Shown here: piece by piece, positions 16,883 through 26,529 of the stretch
Layout of the letters: every line of letters starts with the position of its first letter
Numbering within the stretch: the stretch's first letter is position 1
Virus record (IMG/VR): IMGVR_UViG_3300025093_001724
Location: 1 to 29,134 of that record
DNA length: 29,134 nt
Reading direction: 5' to 3' (one strand)
Source: a virus
Lineage: Duplodnaviria > Caudoviricetes
Program-made: the position numbers and the translations under genes
Notes under the pieces: model-generated
Database searches by the model: none
What the model was told of the DNA's origin: nothing
Seen by the model: only the letters and a program-made list of their open reading frames with translations

Positions 16883-17311
16883 TCACTTTGCCTTTCGCGC
16901 AGCCGATCTGGCCGCCTGCTCTATGCCTATCCACAGCCCATCGCCCAGCCGCTTGAGGACTTCGTCCTGCGTCTCATCGAATGCCGGCCGCGCGAAGGGT
17001 TGCGGCGGGTGGTTCTCATTGCCGAATTCCTGCTGCACCGCGGCGGGCCTGCTGTCCGGGCCGACATAGCGCTCCTGCTCGGCCACTTTCCGATGCGCAG
17101 ACCTGGCCGACTTGGAGAGGGTCCCGGACACATCGATACTTTCGCGCAGCCCGCCCTGCTCGACCGGCGCCTTCGAGCGCATGGCCTTGGCCATGATTTC
17201 CCCGGCATTGTCGAGCGCCTTGCGGCCGATCGCGCGACGCTTGCGCTCATTGAATTGCGAAAGCGCCGCGTCCAATTCCCGCCCACCCTTGAATTTCACC
17301 CTGACCTTCAT
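16883..17311 (-). CDS. HK97 gp10-family neck protein
   Basis: APVEQGGLRESI, QEFGNENHPPQPFARPAFD. Confidence 0.9.
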   Translation of the reverse strand: MKVRVKFKGGRELDAALSQFNERKRRAIGRKALDNAGEIMAKAMRSKAPVEQGGLRESIDVSGTLSKSARSAHRKVAEQERYVGPDSRPAAVQQEFGNENHPPQPFARPAFDETQDEVLKRLGDGLWIGIEQAARSAARKAK

Positions 17312-17637
17312 TCGTCGGCCGCCGCCGCTGCGCTGATTTCCAAACCCTCGCGGCGCCCGATTTCCTTGACCCCAGAGATATCGAACGTCTTGCCTTCGAA
17401 GACGACACGATCCTTGGCGTCTATCCCGGCCACAGTGGCGGAGTATCGGATCTGAAAACGCACGGAAATCGAGGCTCCAACCTCTGCCGCCCGCACTCTT
17501 TCTGCGTCCGAAACGTAGTTGACCGAGGCCCAGACGGTCGCCAGATCGGTGAACCCCTCGACCGGCTCATTGTCGGCGTTTCGGGTGATCGCGTATGTCT
17601 GGATCGTGATGCGCCGGTCGAGCGCGCCCGCATCCAT
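17308..17637 (-). CDS. Head closure / head-tail adaptor (SPP1 gp16-like)
   Basis: MDAGALDRRITIQ, ATVWA, RFQIRY motifs. Confidence 0.9.
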   Translation of the reverse strand: MDAGALDRRITIQTYAITRNADNEPVEGFTDLATVWASVNYVSDAERVRAAEVGASISVRFQIRYSATVAGIDAKDRVVFEGKTFDISGVKEIGRREGLEISAAAAADE

Positions 17638-18257
17638 CAGAACAGAACCCGGCGATAGGGCGCGACCAGGGCGTCGATCGCGGCGGTCGGAATCGGCCCT
17701 GCATCCTTGCCCAGCCGATAGGCGTCGTGCATCAGCCTCACATGGATGAGGATCGCGGCCTTGATCGCGGCGGGGACATTGGAAACTGCCGGGACGGCGG
17801 GTGTCTCGCCATCCTCGGGGATTTCAGGGGTCGTCGCATACCCGGCGAGATAGGTCACCGAAACCGGCTTGGTCTCGTTGAGATCGCCCGGCATCGAATA
17901 GTCCGACTTGAATTCGACATACGGCCCCAGCTCGTCGCAGAGCAGCGTGTAGTCATCGCTCGGTACCGTTGAAAGCTGGCCTGCCTCATCGCGCCATGTG
18001 ACGCTGGTGATCGAGATCACGGGCGCCAGCGGCAGGCGCAGGCAGCGCGAGAACCCGTCAAAGTCCTGCCGCCAGGTCTGCTCGACCAGGGCGCGACCGA
18101 GTATGCCGGTCCAGCCATCCAGATGGTCGACAGCCGCTGCGATGAAACCGGTGATCATGTCGTCGCGCTCATTGCCATCGACGGCCAGCTGTACCTTGGC
18201 TTCCTCAAGGGAAACGGGCGTCATCGCCGGCGGCGTCACCAGAACGGGACGGTGCAT
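17637..18257 (-). CDS. Head-tail connector (HK97 gp6 / phiE125 gp8-like)
   Basis: Start taken at MHRP (18257); PVSLEEAKVQL, LGRALVEQTW, VPAAIKAAIL, LVAPYRR. Confidence 0.9.
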   Translation of the reverse strand: MHRPVLVTPPAMTPVSLEEAKVQLAVDGNERDDMITGFIAAAVDHLDGWTGILGRALVEQTWRQDFDGFSRCLRLPLAPVISITSVTWRDEAGQLSTVPSDDYTLLCDELGPYVEFKSDYSMPGDLNETKPVSVTYLAGYATTPEIPEDGETPAVPAVSNVPAAIKAAILIHVRLMHDAYRLGKDAGPIPTAAIDALVAPYRRVLF

Positions 18258-18269
18258 AGTGGGTCTCCA

Positions 18270-18305
18270 AAATGGAAAAACCGGTGCCGCTCTGGCACCG
18301 GTTTT
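18270..18305 (-). terminator. Intrinsic terminator after SGNH gene
   Basis: AAAACCGGTGCC-N5-GGCACCGGTTTT perfect stem, T-run on minus strand. Confidence 0.75.
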
Positions 18306-18356
18306 CACTGTCTTTAAGTCAGTCTAGCTGACGCACAGATGGGGTTAGGGTGGCAG

Positions 18357-19667
18357 CTAGGCTGCTACAGGCGGACGCACCGACATGGAGCCGATCTTGA
18401 CGACAGCGTTAGTCACTGCCCCGGTGATTACGGCAGCAACGATAGGCGTCACCTTTGTGGTGCCCGCAGCCATCGTATAGGGGTCGATTTCAGCCCTGCC
18501 CGCGAAAGAGGGTGGCAACGGACCCTTGGTCGTGTCTACGTTGAACGCATGGGCGCTGCCTAGTGTTGTGCCACCGTTGAAATGCGACATGCGGGCGTTG
18601 ATGGTGATGTTGCTCGACATGCCGGATGCTTCGAGATCAACCCCGTACTCGTAAATCTCCCCCTCTGCCGCTGCGATGTCGGATGTGGGGTAGAACCAAA
18701 TCTGGGCCGCGCCCGAGGTCGTTATGTCGAGTTTTTGCCAGTTCCCCGCCCCACCGTCATTGCGCGCCTCGATAGAGCAAGCGCAGGAAGTAACCGACCC
18801 GGATATCAGGTAAACCTGCATACCGGACACCACGTTCCCAGTGATGTTCGCGCCCGTCTTTGCGCCCGCAGAGCCAAAGCCTATACCGCCATTCGGGGCC
18901 TTGTTGCCATAAGGGTTGTTGGCGGCATTGAAGGCGTCCCCAGCCGAGAAACCCCGGAACCATCCGCCCATAGGGAGAGCGTTGAAATAGTCGGCCACCG
19001 GCCCCGCCGCGAAATAGCACCCATTGTTGCCGGGGTGGATCGCTGGGCTGTCGTAGTAATAGCTGGCTATCGGATCGCCATTAGCGTTCGCGATGTCCAT
19101 GAGATCGGGCGTGGCATCGATAATCACTGCGCCGTAGCGCGGCCCATTCACCATCAACCAGGTGTTCCAAGCGAAATGCTTCTGCCTGGAGCTGGCAGTG
19201 GTCCAGCCTCGGGGGAGATCGAGCAAAACCACCGGCACAATGCCACGTGAAAGCAGTGAGGCCCAAGCGGTCAACATAGTTGACGTCATCGTGTCGAACG
19301 GGACGCCGTTCCCAATATCGTTCGTGCCGGACAGCAGCAGGCAGTGCGTGGGGATAGGATCGAGTGCCAGAACATCGGCAAGCTGACCCGGCGATCCATC
19401 TGCCGGGATCAACCCCTTTACGTTCACCCCGCCATCCCCGACATAGGAGATGCTGGTCGATGAGCTAACCGCCTTGTTATAGGTGATCGGAGACTTGACC
19501 TTCCCTTTTGTCAGGAAGGGAACCCAAGACCCAACGGCATGCATGTAGCGGAGGATATTGCCGCCTGATGCCGCGCCACCCATAGCTAGGCGGCTATCGC
19601 CCATCTGCGCCATCAGGAAAGACGGGCGCATAGATGCAGAGTTTTGCGCTTTGACTAGCTCAACCAT
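18357..19667 (-). CDS. SGNH/GDSL hydrolase with C-terminal carbohydrate-binding-like beta domain (putative head spike/esterase)
   Basis: Blocks GDSR, NKAVSS, SGTND, DSPAIHP; located among head genes. Confidence 0.82.
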   Translation of the reverse strand: MVELVKAQNSASMRPSFLMAQMGDSRLAMGGAASGGNILRYMHAVGSWVPFLTKGKVKSPITYNKAVSSSTSISYVGDGGVNVKGLIPADGSPGQLADVLALDPIPTHCLLLSGTNDIGNGVPFDTMTSTMLTAWASLLSRGIVPVVLLDLPRGWTTASSRQKHFAWNTWLMVNGPRYGAVIIDATPDLMDIANANGDPIASYYYDSPAIHPGNNGCYFAAGPVADYFNALPMGGWFRGFSAGDAFNAANNPYGNKAPNGGIGFGSAGAKTGANITGNVVSGMQVYLISGSVTSCACSIEARNDGGAGNWQKLDITTSGAAQIWFYPTSDIAAAEGEIYEYGVDLEASGMSSNITINARMSHFNGGTTLGSAHAFNVDTTKGPLPPSFAGRAEIDPYTMAAGTTKVTPIVAAVITGAVTNAVVKIGSMSVRPPVAA

Positions 19668-19860
19668 TTAGTGGCTCCAATGCGACAACCGGCGTCCCGC
19701 GATAGGTCACGCGCTCGCCCAGATATGTGACAAATGACCAGCGATAGCCGCTTGGCGCTGGCGTTGATGCGTAGGACGCGGCACCCCCGCCCTTTATTGG
19801 GGTGGCAACCCCCGGCCGCACGAGACCGCGCGACAGGGGGCGCACCAGATCGCGCACCAC
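19660..19860 (-). CDS. Small hypothetical head-region protein (66 aa)
   Basis: GTG 19860 lies 1 nt after upstream stop; 8-nt overlap with SGNH start. Confidence 0.55.
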   Translation of the reverse strand: MVRDLVRPLSRGLVRPGVATPIKGGGAASYASTPAPSGYRWSFVTYLGERVTYRGTPVVALEPLNG

Positions 19861-19861
19861 G

Positions 19862-20131
19862 CTAGGCACTGAAGACCCCGCAGGAGATGCCGGCACGGCG
19901 CGAGAAGCGGTACGTTCCGGTCCCGATGATCTTCGCCGGATGGTTCGCCGTCAGGGCATCGACGCGGAAATACTCTCCGGCATCATCCTTGAGCAGGATG
20001 TCGACGAATGCCCCTTGGGCCACGCGCGGCCCGGCCACATCCTTGAGACAGACCGTCAGCTCCTCGCCGTCGCCGACAGCCACATCGAGTGAGTTGGCCG
20101 CGGTTGTCCCCACGGCGAGCACTTCAGCCAT
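19862..20131 (-). CDS. Small beta-rich head accessory protein
   Basis: GGAGG SD, 89 aa, in operon after capsid. Confidence 0.7.
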   Translation of the reverse strand: MAEVLAVGTTAANSLDVAVGDGEELTVCLKDVAGPRVAQGAFVDILLKDDAGEYFRVDALTANHPAKIIGTGTYRFSRRAGISCGVFSA

Positions 20132-20143
20132 TGCCGCCTCCTA

Positions 20144-20524
20144 TCAGAGACCGTCATCGACGGTAATGTGGAAGGTGCCGACTTTGCTGTCACCACCCTG
20201 GGCAATTGCGATCTTAACGCGGTCACGCCCGAGCGCGATCAGGTCCGCCACGGCCGTCCCACCGGCGGCAAACAGCAGTGCGGCCCCAACCTGGGAATGC
20301 GTCGGCTGGCGCGGCGCGCGCACGGCCGAGGCGTTGACATCACTCTCGGTCCAGAGCCCGATGCCAGTGGCTTCGCCGGTAATGGTGAAGTCCACGCCAT
20401 TGGCGAACGGCGCAGTGCCGTCCTTCACATATTCGATCTGCATGATCTTGCCAGAGAGGCGGGGGCTGTAGGCGGTCACCGTGCCGTCGGCAGCGGTCGT
20501 GGCAGTCACTTTGTAGCGGCGCAT
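20144..20524 (-). CDS. Beta-rich head accessory/decoration-like protein
   Basis: AAGGAG SD, 126 aa, in operon after capsid. Confidence 0.72.
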   Translation of the reverse strand: MRRYKVTATTAADGTVTAYSPRLSGKIMQIEYVKDGTAPFANGVDFTITGEATGIGLWTESDVNASAVRAPRQPTHSQVGAALLFAAGGTAVADLIALGRDRVKIAIAQGGDSKVGTFHITVDDGL

Positions 20525-20569
20525 GAGCCAGCTCCTTTGCTTGGCGCCAGGGTGGCGCCGGTTTAGGCG

Positions 20570-20788
20570 TCAGGCCGTCTTGGCCTTGCGCCGGTTGTCG
20601 GCCTTGTTCGCCACCTTTGGCGCGGCCTTGTTGGCGGGTTTGGGGGCAGCCTTGGCATCAAGCGGCTGCAGGACATGCGGGATCAGATGGGCGAATTCGG
20701 CTTCCGTGCCCACGCGCACCTCACCCTCGACATAGGGACGGTCACCGATATGCTGGCGGACCACCTTCCACTTCTGGACTTTGGACAT
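20570..20788 (-). CDS. Small basic post-capsid protein with KAAPKxANKA repeats
   Basis: AAGGAG SD; tandem KAAPKPANKAAPKVANKA. Confidence 0.75.
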   Translation of the reverse strand: MSKVQKWKVVRQHIGDRPYVEGEVRVGTEAEFAHLIPHVLQPLDAKAAPKPANKAAPKVANKADNRRKAKTA

Positions 20789-20810
20789 CGCTGTTCTCCT
20801 TTCGGCTCAT

Positions 20811-20842
20811 GGAAACGGCGGCCCCGCGAAGGGGCCGCCGTT
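20811..20842 (-). terminator. Terminator/stem-loop after major capsid gene
   Basis: AACGGCGGCCCC-N5-GGGGCCGCCGTT 12-bp stem, short T-run. Confidence 0.7.
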
Positions 20843-20862
20843 CTGCATCAACCGGCAGGCGA

Positions 20863-22188
20863 TCAGGCGGCCAGAGCCGTGTTGAAGTCGCCATAGATGA
20901 AGGCTTCGGGCCGATAGACGGCCAGAGCGACGCGCTCTTCGCCGAGCAGCGTCACCAGGTTCTTGATGAAGTCGTCGTCGACATAGCCGCTCTCGACCCG
21001 GCCTTCCCAGCGATCGAAGATCTGCGCGCCCATGCGGAAAGCACCGGTCAAGAACTTGCCAGAGGTCATAGCCTGCGTCTCGACCACTGGCAGGTTCCAA
21101 AGGGTCGGGGACGTCGAGCCCTGGGGCTGGCCGATGATATAGCGACCGATATCATCCTTGCGCAGTTCGATCGTGGTCCAGTCGATCGGATTGAGCACAT
21201 GGCCGGTGGCCGGATACTCGGCGAGGGCCGCCTGCAGCATGGCCAGGCGCATCACGTCCAAGATGGTCAGGTCTTCGATCGAGGTCACAGGCGCCGAATA
21301 TGCAGTCGCCTGCGGGATGATGCCGTGCAGGTTCTGGCCGGTGCCATCGCCATTGAGCAGCTGGCTTTCCTCGACATAGGCCAGGCCGTAGAGCAGGCGC
21401 TGATCGATGATCGAACGCAGCTGCGAAATGTCGGACAGGACCTGCTTGGATGCCTTCATCCAGTGCGCAATGACTTTGGCCGAGGTGGTGACCAGGTCGA
21501 ACTTGATGTCCGATTCCGGCTTTGCACTGCCTTCAGCAACGGGGGCCGCCGAATTGGTGAAGCCGGTTTCCTTGACGTATTCAAGCGTATTGCCATCCAT
21601 GCGGCCAGGCGAGAGCAGGTCGCGCACGGTCATACGCCGCTGCGCCAGCGGCAAAATGCCCGGGAGACGCGTCTGGTTGATCGCATCCCCGACCGAGCCG
21701 GCCGAGTCGGTGGTTGCCGAGGTCAGGGTAGCCTTCACCTGCATGTCGGCGCCGCGGGCGGACTTGGAAAAGCTGCTGTCCTGGAAGGCCTTGAAGCCTT
21801 CGGACTCGGTGAACTGCTCGCCGATCGACTTGGGCTTGTCATCGCCACCAGTGCCGAGCTTGGCCATCTTCTGCTCGAAGTCGCTGGTGGCATCCTCGAC
21901 ACGCTCGTTGAGCTTCTTGAGCGCCTCGTCGATGTCACCCTTGAGCGTGTCGCCGAGCTTTTCGCCGTCCTTGGCCATGGAAAGCGCCTTTTCGGCAATT
22001 TCCTTGATCGGGTCGCAGGCCGCCGCAATGTCCTTTTTGTGCTGCGCCTTGATTTCCTCGGCCATGGCCTTGATGCCCTGGTCGTTCGGCGCCTCGAAGG
22101 CGATCTGTGGCGCCATGAAATAGGTCATTGCGGGCGCACCGAAGCGGCCCCCGGCCAGAACGGCCGCGATGCTGGTCTTCATGATCAT
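20863..22188 (-). CDS. Major capsid protein, HK97 family
   Basis: VAEGSAKPES, IAHWMKASKQVLSD, EESQLLNGDG, EERVALAVYRPEAF; N-terminal coiled-coil delta domain. Confidence 0.97.
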   Translation of the reverse strand: MIMKTSIAAVLAGGRFGAPAMTYFMAPQIAFEAPNDQGIKAMAEEIKAQHKKDIAAACDPIKEIAEKALSMAKDGEKLGDTLKGDIDEALKKLNERVEDATSDFEQKMAKLGTGGDDKPKSIGEQFTESEGFKAFQDSSFSKSARGADMQVKATLTSATTDSAGSVGDAINQTRLPGILPLAQRRMTVRDLLSPGRMDGNTLEYVKETGFTNSAAPVAEGSAKPESDIKFDLVTTSAKVIAHWMKASKQVLSDISQLRSIIDQRLLYGLAYVEESQLLNGDGTGQNLHGIIPQATAYSAPVTSIEDLTILDVMRLAMLQAALAEYPATGHVLNPIDWTTIELRKDDIGRYIIGQPQGSTSPTLWNLPVVETQAMTSGKFLTGAFRMGAQIFDRWEGRVESGYVDDDFIKNLVTLLGEERVALAVYRPEAFIYGDFNTALAA

Positions 22189-22210
22189 TTTCCTTGATGA
22201 ATTGTGGGGA

Positions 22211-22903
22211 TCAGCCCCGGAGTGCCCGAAGGAATTCGAGCGTTTGTTCCGCTTCAGCAGGATCCCCCTGCCCTTTCAGGTGGACGCGCGCGGCACGCTC
22301 CGCCTGCGAATTCGAAAAGCCCAATCCCTTGAGCCAGGTTTCGAATTCCCGCTCAGTCAACCGGTCCCCGGCCTTGAGCTTTTCCGTGAGGTCGTGGGCA
22401 GCCTTGAGCGCCTTGACGCTGCTGACCACGGCATTTTCATTGGCGCCGATGCTGACGACCGACACTTCGCGCAGGTCGACCCGCTCGAGCGTCCAGACCC
22501 CGCTTTCGGTATCGACTGAGTATTCCTTGATGCGATAGCCGATGGAGAGCCCATCGATATCGCCATTCTTGAGTAGGGCATGGGCCTCGCGGGCGCGCTG
22601 CACATCCATGTTGAGCTTGCCGCGCAGATAGAGGCCTTTTTCGTCCTCCTTCGCGTCGATCCACTTGCCGATCGGCTCCCAGCTGTCGTGCTGCCAGAAC
22701 ATTTTCGGCATGGTGCCGGCCGCCTTGTGGTCGGCCAGGCTCTCGGCAAACGCCCCAGGCGCGATCACATCGCCATAGCTGTCCGGCTCGCCGCCGAAGG
22801 TCGAGCCATAGCCCTCGATTTCGCCCTTATCGCTGAGCGCCTTGATGCTGAGCACGGGGGCGGACTGGGCAAACTGCATGCCGGCATCCTTACGGTTGAG
22901 CAT
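22211..22903 (-). CDS. Prohead protease, HK97 family
   Basis: EGYGSTFG, WQHD, GLSIGY, LREVSVV; start 22903 or 22879. Confidence 0.95.
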   Translation of the reverse strand: MLNRKDAGMQFAQSAPVLSIKALSDKGEIEGYGSTFGGEPDSYGDVIAPGAFAESLADHKAAGTMPKMFWQHDSWEPIGKWIDAKEDEKGLYLRGKLNMDVQRAREAHALLKNGDIDGLSIGYRIKEYSVDTESGVWTLERVDLREVSVVSIGANENAVVSSVKALKAAHDLTEKLKAGDRLTEREFETWLKGLGFSNSQAERAARVHLKGQGDPAEAEQTLEFLRALRG

Positions 22904-24134
22904 CGCTGTTCTCCTTTCCCGCCTCGGTGATCGGCAGGTTCTGCATCTGCATGCGCGGAATGTCGCCACCGTCGACAGGCGGCAGGTTTTCGAGCTGCCG
23001 GACCTCGTTGATGGTCATGGCGCCCATTTGGGTCATCCGCTGATAGAATTCCGCGCGCGCCTTACTGTCTCCGCGCAGCAAACCCTCGAGGCTGAACTCG
23101 ATCGTAATGCCATTGGCCCTATCCTCAGCTGTCAGCAGCTGCTTGCGCATGGCCTGTTCGATGCGCGACAGGCGCCGGCGCAGGGTGAACTTCTGAAAAC
23201 CCAATGTCTGCTGCTCGAGCCCTGTCCCCCAGCTCGTCGATTTCTCGGTGTGGCCGATCATGAACGGCGGCACCCCGAAGAAACGGCAGACATCCTCTAC
23301 CGACAGCGCCCGCGACTGCAGCATCTGCGCGTCTTCCGGGGTCATGGACAGTGGCGTCACCGTCTGGCCGCCCTCGGCTACGAATGGCCGGCCAGCATTG
23401 ACTGCGCCGGCATACTTGGTTTCAAGTGCCTGGTGCACCTCGGTGCGGCGTTCCGTTGAAAGCCACTCCTGGAAGGCGATGACGACGCTGGGGCGCATTC
23501 CGTTGCGGAACGTGCTGCCGGCAGCCCGGTCAAGGGCCTGGGCCAGGCCAAAGGTGTGTCGACCATAGGTCAGTGTCGAGAGGCCGCCTTCCGGACCGCC
23601 GCCAAATCCCCGAACATGCAGGACTTCATCCTGGCCGAGGTCGTAGGACTTGCCGTTCTCGGTCCAACGATACCGAAGCTCACCGGTCCGTGCTCGCGTC
23701 ACACTGACAATATCCGCGCGGACAGGCGTCAAAGCCACCATCGACTTGCGGCTATTGACCGTCTTCCGGGCAATACCATTGCCTTGCAGCTCGACATTAG
23801 CCGACAGGAACTCCAGAAAATCGACCGCCGTCTGATCGGCGTTCGGGCTGTCGTGCAGGATCCTGTAGAGCGGATGATCACGCGCCACCTCGCGCATGCC
23901 ATCCGAGCCGGTGCGATAAACCATCAGCGGCAAAGTGCCGATGGTGCCAGCGATGAGATTGACGCACGCCCAGGCCGAAGACAGCGCCAGCACATCGGTG
24001 CTTTCGACCCGCTCCCCGGCCCAGCTCTCGTGAGATTGCCAGTTTCGGGGCCCCGTCAGGCTCAGCGGCTCGACGCGCTCGACCGGCGCAGCAGACTTCC
24101 GGAAGGAAGCCGCAATCCTGTCAATCAAACTCAT
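22890..24134 (-). CDS. Portal protein, HK97 family
   Basis: Start at 24134 (ATGA overlap with terL); ACVNLIAGTIGTLPL, VCRFFGVPPFMIG, TINEVRQLENLPP. Confidence 0.96.
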   Translation of the reverse strand: MSLIDRIAASFRKSAAPVERVEPLSLTGPRNWQSHESWAGERVESTDVLALSSAWACVNLIAGTIGTLPLMVYRTGSDGMREVARDHPLYRILHDSPNADQTAVDFLEFLSANVELQGNGIARKTVNSRKSMVALTPVRADIVSVTRARTGELRYRWTENGKSYDLGQDEVLHVRGFGGGPEGGLSTLTYGRHTFGLAQALDRAAGSTFRNGMRPSVVIAFQEWLSTERRTEVHQALETKYAGAVNAGRPFVAEGGQTVTPLSMTPEDAQMLQSRALSVEDVCRFFGVPPFMIGHTEKSTSWGTGLEQQTLGFQKFTLRRRLSRIEQAMRKQLLTAEDRANGITIEFSLEGLLRGDSKARAEFYQRMTQMGAMTINEVRQLENLPPVDGGDIPRMQMQNLPITEAGKENSDAQP

Positions 24135-25888
24135 TGCGTTCCCACCAGGCTGTCGAGATAACCGGCAAGCCCCAGGCCAGGGACTTCCTCGGAAATGGCC
24201 AGACCAACGCCCATCACCGCAGCGACGGGCCCGTCGATCTTGTCCAGCGAGTTCTTCTTGTCGGGCACGTAGTTGAGGTTCACGTCGAACCGCACCGAAC
24301 AGTGCCCCATCATCCAGCTCATCACCGGATGCCCCCCATGCTCCACCTTGCGGGCGAAGATCAGGCGCTCCAGTTCCTTGGTCGGCTCTCCCAGGGTCGC
24401 ATGCCCCTGGCGCATCTCGACCATCTTTTCGGGATCGAGCCCGGCTTCCTGCAGATCGGCAATGAGCTTGCCGGCGTTCCACGGGTCGTACCCGAACAGT
24501 TGCAGGTCGAAATGCTTCCCGGCCTTAAGGACGGCGTCCATGACAAAATTCTGGTCGACAAAGTCACCGGGCGTCGTCTGGAGCGCGCCCTCGCGCACCC
24601 ATTTGTGCCAGTCGACCCGCTTGTCCTCGGCGGCACGCGCATCGAGCGTGGCCTCCGGCACCCAGAACAGCGGAATGACCACCCACTCGGCGACATCGTC
24701 ATCGGGCGGCAATACGATCATTACGCAGGTGATATCGCGCGTCGAGGACACGTCGCAGGTGAGGTAGGCCTTCCGGCCCTTGTGCGCCTCGTATAGCCGC
24801 CTCCAGCTTTCCGCATCCTTCGTGCAGGCAGCCCATTTTGAGCGCGGTATCCAGCCGACAACGCCATCCACCCAGATGTTGAGGTGATAGCACTTGAACA
24901 CGGCCTCGGCGGCAGGCTTGCCCTTCGCCTTCTTGTGTTCGCCGCGCAGATAGTCGAGCGTCGGCGTTAACCCAAGGCTTGGATTGGCCTTGTGCCAGGT
25001 CGCCTCGTCTTCCCAGTCATCCTCGTCATCGGCGCCGAAGAACACGACCAGCGTGGCCGGGTCGTCGAGATCGCCCCGGACGATCGCCATCGATTCTTCG
25101 AACCATTCATAGCCGACCCGGTTCTGCTTGCGGCCAGAGGTCGAAGCGTAGAGCTCAATCGGCTGCAGGCGAGCGCCGGTCCCCTGCCGGAGCGTGTCGG
25201 CCAGCTCCCGGGTCCGCCATTCGTGGATTTCGTCGCCAACGATCACCGTGGGCGACCGGCCATGCTTGCCGTCCGGAGCGCCGGTCAGCAGCTGGCAAAG
25301 CGCCGAGGTCTGGCGAATGAAGATGCCCTTGTCGGTGTTGATGACGCGCTCGTTGCCTTGCTCGTCTTCCTTCAGCCCTTTCGCCTTGTCGATGATCGCC
25401 TGCATCTTGGCGAACGGGATTCGGCCCTGGTCTTCGTTGCGGCCAAAAACGAAGCCCTGGGCGCCGGAGATCGGTTCCATGACAAAAAAAAGTACCGCGA
25501 GCGCTGCCAGAAATTCGCTCTTGCCGTTCTTGCGCGGTATCCACAGGTCCAGCCGGCGGAACAGACGCACGTGCTCGATTTTCGGCTCGTGGGTCCAGGG
25601 GTCGAGCACCTCAATCGGCTTCTTCCAGCCGACCAGCAGCCGAACTGCTATCTCCTGCCAGGCCAGTAGCTTGAACGGTACGCCGTCGAAGCGGTCATCG
25701 GTCAGCCGGAAGATTTCCGGCCAGCGGTCGACGACCTTGTCCGCCTTCCTGTGGTCGAACCATGCGCCCGGCACCAGCTCGGCCGCGCGCCAGGCACGGA
25801 TGGCCCAGCGGTAGCGCGGATCATCCTCGACCGCCTTGAGCCAGGCCGGAAGCCCCTCATACCCGACCGGCAATGCCGTCGCGGTCAC
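24131..25888 (-). CDS. terL: Terminase large subunit
   Basis: Walker A IPRKNGKS, Walker B IVGDEIH, ANPSLG, nuclease DVSSTRD and KIDGPVA. Confidence 0.97.
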   Translation of the reverse strand: MTATALPVGYEGLPAWLKAVEDDPRYRWAIRAWRAAELVPGAWFDHRKADKVVDRWPEIFRLTDDRFDGVPFKLLAWQEIAVRLLVGWKKPIEVLDPWTHEPKIEHVRLFRRLDLWIPRKNGKSEFLAALAVLFFVMEPISGAQGFVFGRNEDQGRIPFAKMQAIIDKAKGLKEDEQGNERVINTDKGIFIRQTSALCQLLTGAPDGKHGRSPTVIVGDEIHEWRTRELADTLRQGTGARLQPIELYASTSGRKQNRVGYEWFEESMAIVRGDLDDPATLVVFFGADDEDDWEDEATWHKANPSLGLTPTLDYLRGEHKKAKGKPAAEAVFKCYHLNIWVDGVVGWIPRSKWAACTKDAESWRRLYEAHKGRKAYLTCDVSSTRDITCVMIVLPPDDDVAEWVVIPLFWVPEATLDARAAEDKRVDWHKWVREGALQTTPGDFVDQNFVMDAVLKAGKHFDLQLFGYDPWNAGKLIADLQEAGLDPEKMVEMRQGHATLGEPTKELERLIFARKVEHGGHPVMSWMMGHCSVRFDVNLNYVPDKKNSLDKIDGPVAAVMGVGLAISEEVPGLGLAGYLDSLVGTQ

Positions 25889-26508
25889 TGGATCCTCGTG
25901 CCAGGCGGCGGGCTGTCGGTGTCGCTCATCAGCGACATCGGGTCAGAACCCTGCCCGTCCGGCTTGCGTTCGGGCTCTCGCATGCCGCCTCCATGCAGCG
26001 GCAGCTTGCCCTGGGACGCGTTGAATGTCTCGACACGGGTCATGTCGCTGTTCGACCGCGGCGTGAAACCGAATTCATGCTCCATCAGGCGTAGCTCGAC
26101 GCCCACCTTCTGCATGAAGTCGACGCTAGGATGTGTCCGGAAGACGGTATTGCCGTCGCCCTTCGTCACTTTGACCGTCACGCCGCCGCGCGGCAGATCG
26201 CGCCGCATCTGCTCCATTGCCTCGGTCCACTTCTGCGTCAGCGCACAGTAGCGCGCCAAGGCCGAGCGATAGCCTGGACGCCAACGGCCGCTGGCACGCA
26301 GCACGTCGACCAGCTCTCGCCAGAGATCGATCGCCACTTTCCAGTGCGCCGGTGCGGCAGAAAAGAACCTTGGCAAATCCGGCGAGCCAGGCGCCGCATC
26401 TTCTGCGCTCGCGACCGCCGCGTCGATTTCGGCCTCGACCTGCTTGCGCCGTTTGCCCGGAAACCCCTTGGCGGCTTGCAGATGCGGATCATCCTTCCTG
26501 CGCGCCAT
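25885..26508 (-). CDS. terS: Terminase small subunit (P27-like)
   Basis: Start taken at MARRK (26508); GFPGKR, LARYC, HP, EFGFTPRS motifs; ATGA overlap with terL. Confidence 0.9.
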   Translation of the reverse strand: MARRKDDPHLQAAKGFPGKRRKQVEAEIDAAVASAEDAAPGSPDLPRFFSAAPAHWKVAIDLWRELVDVLRASGRWRPGYRSALARYCALTQKWTEAMEQMRRDLPRGGVTVKVTKGDGNTVFRTHPSVDFMQKVGVELRLMEHEFGFTPRSNSDMTRVETFNASQGKLPLHGGGMREPERKPDGQGSDPMSLMSDTDSPPPGTRIQ

Positions 26509-26529
26509 GAGCCAACCCGTCTCGATTGC

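Noticed and set aside
22890-24482. 530-aa portal and other extended starts (561, 1629, 2272, 18308, 22969, 26595)
   Set aside because: Extensions overlap upstream genes or regulatory DNA; downstream starts have SD sites, ATGA coupling or family-typical N-termini
25484-25491. A8 homopolymer in terL as phase-variation or frameshift site
   Set aside because: Reading frame is intact through it (LFFV) and the tract is short
9324-25888. Gene transfer agent cluster
   Set aside because: HNH/cos-type packaging, BRO regulator, morons, lysis cassette and att site indicate a genuine prophage
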